A DNA stretch of 32,000 bases, from contig NC_009925.1 in assembly GCF_000018105.1 (NCBI RefSeq), positions 30,001-62,000 of the forward strand, read 5' to 3'. The stretch is from Acaryochloris marina MBIC11017 (GTDB taxonomy: Bacteria > Cyanobacteriota > Cyanobacteriia > Thermosynechococcales > Thermosynechococcaceae). The translations under genes and the position numbers were made by a program. This document shows, piece after piece, positions 17,266-26,479 of the stretch. The notes under the pieces were generated by a model. The model did no database searches and was not told the DNA's origin. It worked only from the letters and a program-made list of their open reading frames with translations. Every line of letters begins with the position of its first letter. Positions within the stretch are counted from its first letter, which is position 1.

Positions 17266-19698
17266 GTGACGCCGTCATCTCTTCCACCATCCAAACCCGA
17301 ACAATCCGAACCCGAACAGATAGAATTTTCGTCTTTATCCCCTTCAGAAATCTCCATCGATCAACCCAAAACAAAAAATACTGGTGCGAACCAAGAGTAT
17401 CTAACCTCCATCAAAGCCAGATTAATCGCTTGGGGAATTGCCTTGAGTACATTACCTGTCTTAGCTGTAGGCACAGCAACCTACCTGACCGGTGAAACAC
17501 TGAACCAGCAGCTCAGCGCCAATCCCGAAATCACCACCAGCTGGGATGAAGCCCAATCCACGCTTCAAAATCGAATTCCCCCTCTATTGGTAGGGACTGG
17601 AATCGTGGCAATCCTGTCGGGGGGCCTTGCCGTTTGGTTGATCAATCGTGAATTACGTCCCCTTCGTCAAGCTGGTCGGCATTCAAATCAACTCGTTAAC
17701 CGGTTGTATCGCTTAGAAACAGGTCCTGAAATCGAGAGTGAACCCAAAGATGAGCTTTTAGCGCTGGCCAACAATATCAGCCTAATCGATGCTCAAATCC
17801 CCAACCTGATCCATTCTCAAGAACATGAAGCGGCTCGAGCAGAACTATTGATGCAGTTCATTGGTGAACTCCATGTCGCTCTATCAGAAGAAGACTTATT
17901 AAAAACGACCGTCGCCGAAGTGCGCCAAATCTTACAAACCGATCGAGTCACCATCTTTGCCCTCAACAATAACGGTGAGGGTACCTTTGTCGCCGAATCT
18001 GTTGCCCCAGGTTATCCCAAGTTACAGTGGTCTACCCTACATGACCCTTGCTTTAACGAAGGCTATCAGGAGCAATATCGTCAGGGACGAGTCAGTGCAA
18101 TTGACAATATTTACAATTCAGGACTGAACGACTGTCATATCGGTTTGCTAGAGCGTTTTGCCGTCAAAGCAAACATTGTCGCTCCCATTCTCCAAAACGA
18201 GAATTTGTATGGCCTGTTAATAGCCCATCAATGTGCAAGACCCAGGGAGTGGAATCAATCTGAAATCGGCCTGTTTAAGCAATTAGCATTGCAAGTAGGC
18301 TATGCCTTAGACCGGGCTAGAGTCATGAGCCATCTCGATAGCCAAGTCAATCAATTGCAGCAGTTATTACACTTTACGCAATTAATCCGAGAATCATTAC
18401 ACACAGAAGAAATCCTGACAAATGCGGTTCAAGAGAGTCGCAAGGTTCTTAGAGCAGATCGGGTGATTGTTTATAGTTTCGATGAAAACTGGCAAGGCAC
18501 TGTTGCAGCAGAAGCAGTCCAGCCAGGTATCTCCAAAATGGTGTGGGCCGAAATCTCAGACCCATGCTTTGCAAACAAATACGTTGAGCAATATCGACGG
18601 GGACGAGTGCAGGCGATTAATAATGTTAATGATGCTGGACTGACTGAGTGCCATGTTCAACAGTTGGAAAAATACGGCGTACAAGCCAACTTAGTTGTTC
18701 CTATTCTGGTGGGAGAATATTTGTTTGGTTTACTCATTGCCCATCAATGCTCTGGCCCCAGAATATGGCAGTCCTCTGAAATCGATCTTTTTACTCAAAT
18801 TGGCGTCCAATTGGGCCATGCGTTGGAACAAGCCAACGTTCTCACCCAAACAGAGCAAGAATGGATTGCCAATACCTCTCAAATTGATATAGATAATCAG
18901 CAACTTACGAACTTAGAGCAGCAACTTTCAGACTATCTACAGGCAAATCGCCCTAGCATTCAATTTTTAGTGGATGGGGTCCATCAACATACTGAAACGG
19001 CTCAGTCTGCCTATTCCCATTTACAAGCCATCATGGATTTTGCCCAAGAGGTTAACACCCTTACTCGGCAGATTCAGTCTCAAAATCACCAGATTGTGAC
19101 TCAAGTCGAAATAGCTCAAAATCATCCCCCCCACCTTCCACCCGCCGCTCAATCCGCCATCACTCAACTTCAAGAACTGGAGAAACCCTTACAGCAGCTT
19201 TCTCAAATTCGCATATTAGTCAATCAACTGTCCTCCCAGATGCAGCTACAGGTGATGAATATCACAGCAAAAGCACCTCAGGACTCAGAGGCCTATCCTG
19301 AATTATCTGGTTCAGCCCAAAAGATCAGCATTGTCGCTCAAAAGATAGAAGACAATTTGGCCCAAATGAAGCCAATACTAGAGTCTTTGCAACGAGATCT
19401 GCAACAAAATACGGCTATTCTAAAGCCCCTAGCCCAACAAACTAGTACCGTTTCTACAGAACGATTTAGATCTGAGCAGCTATCCTCTAATCTAAATACT
19501 GAGTTGGCTCAGCTCAATGATCAGATGAAGAAACTGACTCAGCTCGTGAGTAGCCATCTGCAAACATCTTCCACCGCAAGTCATCAGATCTTTGAATTGA
19601 ACCAGTTTCTGCAGCGTCTTGCACCACAAGCCCAATCGATGCAGGCCTCTATCCAAAAGATGGAAACAGCAGTAACTCCTGAACAATCTCCAGGTTGA
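17266..19698 (+). CDS. PixJ-like membrane photoreceptor: 2 TM helices, HAMP, two DXCF-type cyanobacteriochrome GAF domains and a Q-rich helical C-terminus
   Basis: GAF1 has DPCF (nt 18043-18054) and the canonical Cys-His LNDCHIGLLERF (nt 18133-18138). GAF2 has DPCF (18559-18570) and LTECHVQQLEKY (18649-18654). Both end in LLIAHQC. GTG start. Confidence 0.85.
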   Translation: MTPSSLPPSKPEQSEPEQIEFSSLSPSEISIDQPKTKNTGANQEYLTSIKARLIAWGIALSTLPVLAVGTATYLTGETLNQQLSANPEITTSWDEAQSTLQNRIPPLLVGTGIVAILSGGLAVWLINRELRPLRQAGRHSNQLVNRLYRLETGPEIESEPKDELLALANNISLIDAQIPNLIHSQEHEAARAELLMQFIGELHVALSEEDLLKTTVAEVRQILQTDRVTIFALNNNGEGTFVAESVAPGYPKLQWSTLHDPCFNEGYQEQYRQGRVSAIDNIYNSGLNDCHIGLLERFAVKANIVAPILQNENLYGLLIAHQCARPREWNQSEIGLFKQLALQVGYALDRARVMSHLDSQVNQLQQLLHFTQLIRESLHTEEILTNAVQESRKVLRADRVIVYSFDENWQGTVAAEAVQPGISKMVWAEISDPCFANKYVEQYRRGRVQAINNVNDAGLTECHVQQLEKYGVQANLVVPILVGEYLFGLLIAHQCSGPRIWQSSEIDLFTQIGVQLGHALEQANVLTQTEQEWIANTSQIDIDNQQLTNLEQQLSDYLQANRPSIQFLVDGVHQHTETAQSAYSHLQAIMDFAQEVNTLTRQIQSQNHQIVTQVEIAQNHPPHLPPAAQSAITQLQELEKPLQQLSQIRILVNQLSSQMQLQVMNITAKAPQDSEAYPELSGSAQKISIVAQKIEDNLAQMKPILESLQRDLQQNTAILKPLAQQTSTVSTERFRSEQLSSNLNTELAQLNDQMKKLTQLVSSHLQTSSTASHQIFELNQFLQRLAPQAQSMQASIQKMETAVTPEQSPG

Positions 19699-19790
19699 TT
19701 CAGGCGTGTGTGCAAAGAATCAACTGATTTTGCAGCCCATTGAATGAACTGCCTCTATCAATGGCTCATGCCAAAATATGTCTGCTTCCA

Positions 19791-20555
19791 TCACAATCCA
19801 GGGGTGGTTTGGGCAAAAAGGGCGGCAAAATCCGAGGTGGGAGGAGCTTCTTCCTCCTCACGGGTCACCACATCAAACGCTTTATTCTGAGCATTCGATT
19901 CGAGTAGAGCCTGCACCACCACTTCAGCCACATCCGCCCGAGGAAGCTTGTGGGGCATATTGCGATCAGGGATAAAGAATGAATCATCTTTCCCCACAAT
20001 AATTTCACGGCGTCCCCCTGGCTCATCGATTAATCCACCTGCCCGCACAATGGTGTAGGTGATACCAGAATCAATAAGATATTGTTCAGTTCGACGTTTC
20101 CAAATTAGGACTTTGCCGTTACCAAGGGTATTGAGGTAGTGGTTTTCATCGGTTCCTCCCATGGAACCCACAATGACGATATGCTTTACGCCTGCCGCCG
20201 CCGCCGCATCAATCACATTTCTATGACCGTTATAGTCGACATCTTCGGGGTAGCCTCCTTGAGGAAATTCAAATTCGGGTCTTTGGCCGGGCTGAGGTGG
20301 ACCTTTCATCACGAGTACGGAACTGGATAGAATCACCAGGGCATCACACCCTGCGATCGCAGAATCAATACTGGCACGATCTGTGACATCTCCAATCACC
20401 ACACCATCCAAAGAGCCCAGCTTTTCCTGCGCCTTCGCTTCAGAACGGGCAAAGCCAACCACTTCAAATTCATCTGCACATTCGCGGAGTTTTTGCACCA
20501 CAATGGATCCGGTCTGTCCCGTTGCCCCTGTTACCAAAACTTTTTTCGTCGCCAT
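19791..20555 (-). CDS. NAD(P)-binding atypical SDR (NmrA-like/NAD_binding_10 type)
   Basis: N-terminal Rossmann motif KVLVTGATGQTGSIVV. 254 aa. ATG start. Confidence 0.8.
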   Translation of the reverse strand: MATKKVLVTGATGQTGSIVVQKLRECADEFEVVGFARSEAKAQEKLGSLDGVVIGDVTDRASIDSAIAGCDALVILSSSVLVMKGPPQPGQRPEFEFPQGGYPEDVDYNGHRNVIDAAAAAGVKHIVIVGSMGGTDENHYLNTLGNGKVLIWKRRTEQYLIDSGITYTIVRAGGLIDEPGGRREIIVGKDDSFFIPDRNMPHKLPRADVAEVVVQALLESNAQNKAFDVVTREEEEAPPTSDFAALFAQTTPGL

Positions 20556-20686
20556 AGCTTCTGACTCTATCTATCAAAGAGTGTTCAACTTGTTTCTCCT
20601 TGACTTTATCAGAAGCTGATCAGCAGATTCGTCTCATTTCTTCACCAAAGGCGAATCTGTATGATCAACACGAAGAAGTTATTCCA

Positions 20687-20986
20687 TTAGTGTCCTAGTG
20701 GAGAGATAAAGTCTCCTCGAATCCAGCCTTCGGCACCTGAAGCAAATCTGACGTAAAACCAAGCGTATCCATCATCCCCTACGACTTGATTAATAATCCA
20801 GACCTGATCGCCCACCAATCCATAGTGTGGAGAATAGGTAGCAGTACTAGGTCCAGAACGAACATTCACACGGCTACCTGGTTGAGAACCTGCAAGAACT
20901 GCTGGTTCAGCAACGACTGGAGTCGCAGCCATAATAGTCAAGAAAGAAACTGAAATAGAAGAAAGAAGATATCGGGTTAGTTTCAT
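20687..20986 (-). CDS. Small secreted bacterial SH3-domain protein (paralog A)
   Basis: Signal peptide MKLTRYLLSSISVSFLTIMAATPVVA, followed by SRVNVRSGPSTAT...GDDGYAWFYVRF.SGAEGWIRGDF, typical of SH3_3. About 65% identical by eye to the product of 22360..22668. Confidence 0.7.
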   Translation of the reverse strand: MKLTRYLLSSISVSFLTIMAATPVVAEPAVLAGSQPGSRVNVRSGPSTATYSPHYGLVGDQVWIINQVVGDDGYAWFYVRFASGAEGWIRGDFISPLGH

Positions 20987-21115
20987 TAATTTAAGTAATA
21001 ATTTGCATGTGTCTACATACCACTAGGCTAAAGACAAACAGCACTTTTATCGTCAGTATTTATTCTGATTTTCAAGTCAATTATTCAAGTATTAATAGAC
21101 CAAATTATTTAATCT

Positions 21116-21158
21116 AAAAGTATTTCAGCCAATAACAAACACAAGCTGAAATACTTTT
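21116..21158 (-). terminator. Hairpin terminator candidate downstream of 21179..21940
   Basis: A 14-bp perfect stem, AAAAGTATTTCAGC (21116-21129) paired with GCTGAAATACTTTT (21145-21158), with a 15-nt loop. It lies 21 nt past the stop. The T-run is partly inside the 3' arm. Confidence 0.45.
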
Positions 21159-21178
21159 AGGATATTTATTTTTCTGAT

Positions 21179-21940
21179 CTATCTCAACTCAGTCGGCATC
21201 ACTGTAGATATAGCCGCTTCACTGAGCACTAGTGAGGTAACCTCTAGCACACTATTTATATTCTCTTGGGCTTCTACCTGACTCGTCCTTTTAAAAAAGT
21301 CGTTGGTATGGGGCCATAGGAATACATTAAACTTTCGATTCCCTAATTTTTGTCGATATTTTAAGGTTCGCTTTGTGGCCAAGCTCGTCACGGCATTTAG
21401 CCTATCTGCCAGTCCCATACAACGACGTAGGGTTGTGGGAGTATAGCATTGCACATCAACCTGATAGCAGCCTTGGGCTGGAACTTGCCTAGCTTGAAAC
21501 GGCTGAATACTACAGTAAATGGGTTTGTCATAAGCTGAGCGCAGTTCAGCAAAATCCTTAGATGAATAATGCTTAAAGTAATGATCATCTACCTGAAGAC
21601 CATCTGTATGCTTTGCCTCATTGATGAGTTGTGATACCGATAGCGATCGCAACTGTGGTGACTGAATCCACACCACAGGCTTCAGCTGATTTTCCCGAGC
21701 CGCCTGACTGACTTTTTGTTGGACATCATCAGAGACATTTCGATAGTCCAGAAAAACAACTTTATAGTTTTGTTTTTTGATCTTGGCCATCGCCTCAGTC
21801 AAAGTATTTGAAGAAACGTGGTACCGAATTTGAGGCTGCGAGAGCCATGTACCTGTTGGTGCAGCTTGGGAGACCTTAGGTACTGCCAATAATAAAGAAG
21901 AAAATAACAAGCTTTTTAAGATTAATTTAAAACTGGACAT
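21179..21940 (-). CDS. Secreted hypothetical protein (253 aa, 4 Cys)
   Basis: Signal peptide MSSFKLILKSLLFSSLLLAVPKVSQA. The segment DGLQVDDHYF faintly recalls glycoside-hydrolase-like TIM-barrel (GHL10) motifs, but I cannot support that. It contains one HIP1 site. Confidence 0.6.
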   Translation of the reverse strand: MSSFKLILKSLLFSSLLLAVPKVSQAAPTGTWLSQPQIRYHVSSNTLTEAMAKIKKQNYKVVFLDYRNVSDDVQQKVSQAARENQLKPVVWIQSPQLRSLSVSQLINEAKHTDGLQVDDHYFKHYSSKDFAELRSAYDKPIYCSIQPFQARQVPAQGCYQVDVQCYTPTTLRRCMGLADRLNAVTSLATKRTLKYRQKLGNRKFNVFLWPHTNDFFKRTSQVEAQENINSVLEVTSLVLSEAAISTVMPTELR

Positions 21941-22359
21941 CAGCCTATAAATATTATATAATTGGTTATCATTACCAGACTTATAAAAGTCAGTTACTCC
22001 CTAATTAACTCAATACTTTTTTACTCATAAATCAATTAGATTTCTGAGTAAACAGCAATCAATAGATCATAGAGATATGTATGAAAGAGTCACCTAATCT
22101 CTTTCTGTAGAGTGGCGGGGAAATTAGGTTTAATCAATCATTCGGAAAAATCTAGAAAAGACATTACTGGATATGTCTAGGAATGATTCATCATTCCTAT
22201 TTTGATTCTTATCCCTTTAACCAAACGAGACTTATATGTCTTAACTAAGGATTAAATCATCCAATCATATCCTTTGTCTTTGGTCTTCTTGACCTGAACA
22301 AGAAAGCAGTAATAATTCGATATAGTATTACCTAAATCGAATCATTACTGGAAATGAAT

Positions 22360-22668
22360 TTAAAATCTACGGGGCTGTTGTACCTGAACAAAATCACCCC
22401 GAATCCAACCTCGGGCACCCGAGGGGAATTCAACGTAGTACCAGTAATAGCCGTCATTACCTGTCGTTGAATTAATAACCTGTACACGATCGCCCACCAA
22501 TCCATAATGAGGGGAATAGGAAGAGGTGCTAGGAGCAGAACGCACATTAACTCGACTGCCTGGTTGAGCACCCACCAAATAAGCAGGTGCAGCTAATGCT
22601 GGAACTGCAGCTAGGATAGACAAGAAGGTTATTGAAGCAAAAGAAAGGAGAGATCGGGTAAGTTTCAT
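22360..22668 (-). CDS. Small secreted bacterial SH3-domain protein (paralog B)
   Basis: Signal peptide MKLTRSLLSFASITFLSILAAVPALA, followed by SRVNVRSAPSTSS...GNDGYYWYYVEF.SGARGWIRGDF. Paralog of 20687..20986. Confidence 0.7.
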   Translation of the reverse strand: MKLTRSLLSFASITFLSILAAVPALAAPAYLVGAQPGSRVNVRSAPSTSSYSPHYGLVGDRVQVINSTTGNDGYYWYYVEFPSGARGWIRGDFVQVQQPRRF

Positions 22669-22906
22669 CTACTTAAGAAAAAGTCTTCATGTGTTCACGT
22701 TCTTCTAATTTAATCCTGAGAAAAAAAGACGTCGTCAGTGAGAATGCGTAATTTAGCTATAATCGGAGCAGCGAGTACCTAAGTAGCGAACTTTTTATTA
22801 TTTTCTGGTAGATAAATATTTTTGCGATGTAATTCGTTTAAATATCTAAGTTTTAGGTACTCAATCCTTTCAGGTGGACAAGTTTTTCTAAGTAGAGGTG
22901 ATAAAG

Positions 22907-23416
22907 ATGGATCTTGCCAGTACAAACTACCCAGCACCCTGGGGCGTTTCCTTAAAAGCCATCTCTGGGGGCATAACACTATTGCTTATTGGCATCGCAG
23001 TTATTGGTCTACTCACAGGACCCAAAAGCAACTGGATTTGGATCCTTAGTATGGTCGTCATCCCTCTCGGTATCGTGTTCATCACTGCCCTGTTTACGGT
23101 CCGAGGCTATGCCCTGACCCCTGATACCTTATTTGTGAAACGCCTCGTTTGGAATACTGAAATACCCTTACAAGGTTTACAATCCATTGAAGCAGATTCT
23201 AATGCCATGGAAGGATCGATCAAAACGATGGGCAATGGGGGATTGTTTAGTTTTTCCGGCTCCTTTCGAAACAAACGATTGGGGGCCTACCGCGCCTTAG
23301 CAACGGACATGCGACGATGCGTCGTTCTTAAGTTCGATCAAAAGGTGATTGTCATTACCCCAGATCACCCCAAAGACTTCGTTGATCAGGTCAAAGCGTT
23401 AAAAGGTATGGCATAA
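22907..23416 (+). CDS. Membrane protein with a bacterial PH-like domain
   Basis: Two N-terminal TM helices, then YALTPDTLFVKRLVWNTEIPLQGLQSIE, which resembles bPH-type domains. The ATG at 22907 is preceded by GAGGTG. The track ORF starts at GTG 22898. Confidence 0.55.
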   Translation: MDLASTNYPAPWGVSLKAISGGITLLLIGIAVIGLLTGPKSNWIWILSMVVIPLGIVFITALFTVRGYALTPDTLFVKRLVWNTEIPLQGLQSIEADSNAMEGSIKTMGNGGLFSFSGSFRNKRLGAYRALATDMRRCVVLKFDQKVIVITPDHPKDFVDQVKALKGMA

Positions 23417-23428
23417 GACTGGCTTAGC

Positions 23429-24646
23429 CTAATCCTCTAAAACTTGCAGTACCGCTTTAGGTACAAGCTTATCTTTGAACCAGATTAATCGAGCGGGCGT
23501 ATTATTAAAATTGACGCCTGCTTTATCCAGATTGAGCCGTTCTGAAATCGCTAAAATTAGGTCTGATCGATCCGCCTGTCGAACCTGAGAAAACTTCTTT
23601 TTCAAATACTCAGGTCGCCAATATCCCACTATTTCTAAAAGGAACGTCCGACCATCCGGGTGAACAAGGCGAAAGTCTGGAATCATGACACTTCCTGGAA
23701 TGGGAATCAGATCAATTTCTCGTTCTAGTTTCCAGTCCGTTTTGGTTTTCTGCCAACGTTCAGCAAAGCTGGCTTCGAGCATACTGTCATAGGGTTTACC
23801 CGGTGGATAGTGACTGACCAAACCACATTCAGAATCTAGGGCAAATCGACTGGTTCGCTGTTTTTTGGAATAGGTGTCTTTGTTGGTTAAGGTTGCGGTT
23901 AAGCTCCATTTTGTGACATGCAATAGCGCGGGCAACAACTTAGCCAAAGCTAAGCCATAACGGGTACTGGCGCTAAACACACTGGCGGGGCCATCGATCT
24001 TGAGGGTAAACCCTTGATCCGCATCGCCCTCAATGTAGGCCATCAGGCTAAACAATTTCAGGTAGCGAAATAGGAGCTTATATTCTCCGGGGTCATTGCG
24101 ATGGGCATTGATAATGATTTGAGTGGCTTTGTAAAAAACGCCTTGAACCTGAGACAAGTTATAGCGATGGAGCAACGCCTCCGGGGTCGGGGCATCGAAG
24201 GTTGTCAAGATTTGATTGTCGGGTCGATCGGCATACAGCCCTTCTCGGATCTGAATCGCGCTAACGTCTCGGTCTAACTCCTGGCTCAAGTGAACCGCTA
24301 GTCGTTCTAGGGTTTGGGTTGTTGCTTGGGGACTGGGTACGGTCTGGGCCGACAGGGTAAAGACCCGTTGCCGTAGCATGGGTGGATCGAGAGGGCTAAT
24401 GACATCAAAGGTGGAAAAGCCACTGGATAAGAGATGGGCCAGTCCTCGCTTCACTCGGTAATCCGTTCCGTCTCCTTCCAGATCTTGGAGCCGCTGATTT
24501 AATTCACCTCGGGTTTGATTGCAGGCCGATTTGAAGCAGTCGATCGCTTCGGTTGCGATCGCAACATTCCCTGCATTTATTGCCAACCGTTTCGGGACAA
24601 GCGCTTCTCCCTGATAGCGGTGCATCAATAGGTCTGAGGGCAACAT
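23429..24646 (-). CDS. DUF790-family (Bax1-like) endonuclease
   Basis: The N-terminus MLPSDLLMHRYQGEALVPKRL and the C-terminal nuclease-like block IPDFRLVHPDGRTFLLEIVGYWRPEYLKKK match my recollection of DUF790/PF05626. The ATG lies 3 nt after the stop of the LRR gene. Confidence 0.75.
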   Translation of the reverse strand: MLPSDLLMHRYQGEALVPKRLAINAGNVAIATEAIDCFKSACNQTRGELNQRLQDLEGDGTDYRVKRGLAHLLSSGFSTFDVISPLDPPMLRQRVFTLSAQTVPSPQATTQTLERLAVHLSQELDRDVSAIQIREGLYADRPDNQILTTFDAPTPEALLHRYNLSQVQGVFYKATQIIINAHRNDPGEYKLLFRYLKLFSLMAYIEGDADQGFTLKIDGPASVFSASTRYGLALAKLLPALLHVTKWSLTATLTNKDTYSKKQRTSRFALDSECGLVSHYPPGKPYDSMLEASFAERWQKTKTDWKLEREIDLIPIPGSVMIPDFRLVHPDGRTFLLEIVGYWRPEYLKKKFSQVRQADRSDLILAISERLNLDKAGVNFNNTPARLIWFKDKLVPKAVLQVLED

Positions 24647-24649
24647 GTC

Positions 24650-25873
24650 TTACCCCTTCGCGCTATTTTGCAGATAGCTTTTGATGGCGTTAGGTCCCCG
24701 TTCCCAAAGCACTTCTAGCTCTGATCGAAGGGGGTTGTTGGATAGATTAAGGGTTTTGAGATTATCCAATGTCCCGAGAGAAGGGGGGAGATCAGTCAAA
24801 TTGTTGTGGCTCACATTCAGACTCTTCAACTGAGTTAGTTCACCGATCCAATGGGGGAGTGACCTTAACTCACAAGCGACAAACGTCAGTTGTTCCAACA
24901 GGCGACAACCCCGAAGTCCTGCGGGAAACACCTGCAAAGGAACAGGTTGGTCTGGATCTAGATTAAAAATTAGTTGCTTAAGATTTTGCAATTCACCGAT
25001 GGATTCTGGAAGCTGACAAATGCTATTTCCAGCCATTCCCAAAGTGGTTAACGCAGCCAAACCTCCCAACGCTTCAGGAAGATGGGTGAGCTGATTGTTA
25101 TAGGCCAACAACGACGTCAAATTCACCAAATCACAAATCTGTGGAGGCAGGGATTGAAGTTGATTAGATTGAATATCTAAACTCGTGAGTTGGATAAAAG
25201 AGCCTAGGGTTGCGGGTAATTCCTTTAGCTGGTTAAAAGACAAGTCTAAGGAACGTAACTCTGTCCATGTCCCTAACCACTCTGGCAGAGTCTGCAAATG
25301 GTTAAAAGAGAGGTTTAATGATTCCAATCCCTGAAGCGATTTCCAATCAGGCGGGATTTCATTCAGTCCAGTACTGGCAATTTCTAGCGATCGCAACCCC
25401 GTCAACCATCCCAACTCCTTTGGCCACCGGGCAATGGGATTGTAGGAAAGCTGCAGTTCTTGGAGGTTCTTCAGCTTTCCGATAGACGGGGGTATATGAA
25501 CCAGTTGGTTCGAGACTAAATTGAGCGATCGCAACTGTGAGAATGCACCTATAAATTCCGGTAGTTCCACCAAAGCATTTCCCATAAGATCGAGGGATCT
25601 CAATTGGGTTAAATCGCCCAAAACTTCCGTCAGGATAGGCAGATGGTTGCGGGCTAAGTCCAAGGTTTGAAGCTGAGTGAGTTGCCCCAAAGACTTGGGC
25701 AACCGCATCAGTTCATTTTCAGAGAGATATAGAGATTTCAATTGGGAGAGGGAACCAATCGACTCTGGCAACTCACTCAACCCAATATCACTCAGATCTA
25801 GCTCCGTTACCCCTTCAAGGCGAGCAACTTCAATCAGCCTTTCGGCCTCTCGATAGGCCGTATTTTTTTCCAT
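24650..25873 (-). CDS. Stand-alone cytoplasmic leucine-rich-repeat (LRR) protein, about 15-16 repeats
   Basis: Tandem 23-residue units of the form LxxLxLxxNxLxxLPxxIGxLxx, for example LKSLYLSENELMRLPKSLGQLTQ. No signal peptide or TM helix. The N-terminus MEKNTAYREAERLIEVARLEG.TELDLS is typical for such proteins. The track ORF extends to GTG at 25912. Confidence 0.85.
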   Translation of the reverse strand: MEKNTAYREAERLIEVARLEGVTELDLSDIGLSELPESIGSLSQLKSLYLSENELMRLPKSLGQLTQLQTLDLARNHLPILTEVLGDLTQLRSLDLMGNALVELPEFIGAFSQLRSLNLVSNQLVHIPPSIGKLKNLQELQLSYNPIARWPKELGWLTGLRSLEIASTGLNEIPPDWKSLQGLESLNLSFNHLQTLPEWLGTWTELRSLDLSFNQLKELPATLGSFIQLTSLDIQSNQLQSLPPQICDLVNLTSLLAYNNQLTHLPEALGGLAALTTLGMAGNSICQLPESIGELQNLKQLIFNLDPDQPVPLQVFPAGLRGCRLLEQLTFVACELRSLPHWIGELTQLKSLNVSHNNLTDLPPSLGTLDNLKTLNLSNNPLRSELEVLWERGPNAIKSYLQNSAKG

Positions 25874-25936
25874 TACGTCTGATTTCTCTTCACCTTTACC
25901 CGGGATAAACACTGCCTCTTGAGAACCACCAATAGA

Positions 25937-26479
25937 CTATCGCTCTATTAATGCTTTGAGGTTAGATAACCCCGCTTCATAATCTTGCCCCACAGCACTC
26001 TCCAGGACAAACCGAAGGTAGGAACTAACAGGCTTCATTACAGGAGGCACCCCCGCACTTACATCTGTATCTAATGACCAGGCAACCAGCGTACCATTGT
26101 CCTGAGGCGCCAGTTGTAATGCTGCATCAGCCGTTCCCTGTTGCCCAAAATCCAAATGGGTCTGGATATAGCTAGATTCCCCCATGGCGGTGATTTCTTG
26201 GGTCCCGGTTCCCACCATCGGATCCTCACTTTGCCAGTGCATGGTTTGCCCAACGCCGTCACCCTCAATCGTTAAAGCCATATTGGGGTCCATTTTTGCC
26301 CAGGGAGACCAAGCGGACCACTTAGATAAATCACTGACAACCGGGAAAATTTCGGCTGGAGAAGCATTGATCAAAATATTTCGTTCAACATGTACATCAC
26401 TGGGAAGAATCAAGCCGCCTATCACCACCAGTAACAACAGCCCAATCAGTCCACTGATCGCATTTCTGAAGATAGCCAT
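25937..26479 (-). CDS. SRPBCC (polyketide cyclase/START-like) superfamily protein with an N-terminal TM anchor
   Basis: TM helix, then VERNILINASPAEIFPVVSDLSKWSAWSPW, typical of SRPBCC ligand-binding proteins. The ATG at 26479 has GGAGA upstream. The track start is TTG at 26485. Confidence 0.6.
   Translation of the reverse strand: MAIFRNAISGLIGLLLLVVIGGLILPSDVHVERNILINASPAEIFPVVSDLSKWSAWSPWAKMDPNMALTIEGDGVGQTMHWQSEDPMVGTGTQEITAMGESSYIQTHLDFGQQGTADAALQLAPQDNGTLVAWSLDTDVSAGVPPVMKPVSSYLRFVLESAVGQDYEAGLSNLKALIER

Noticed and set aside
17259-17495. 78-aa plus-strand ORF overlapping the 5' end of the photoreceptor gene in another frame
   Set aside because: It is entirely contained within the 810-aa ORF, which has clear domain content. 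The short ORF has no recognisable features.
24650-25912. Regular ~69-bp periodic repetition that could be mistaken for a CRISPR-like or tandem-repeat array
   Set aside because: The periodicity is the 23-codon LRR unit inside one long intact ORF. The repeats are degenerate at the DNA level and have no unique spacers.
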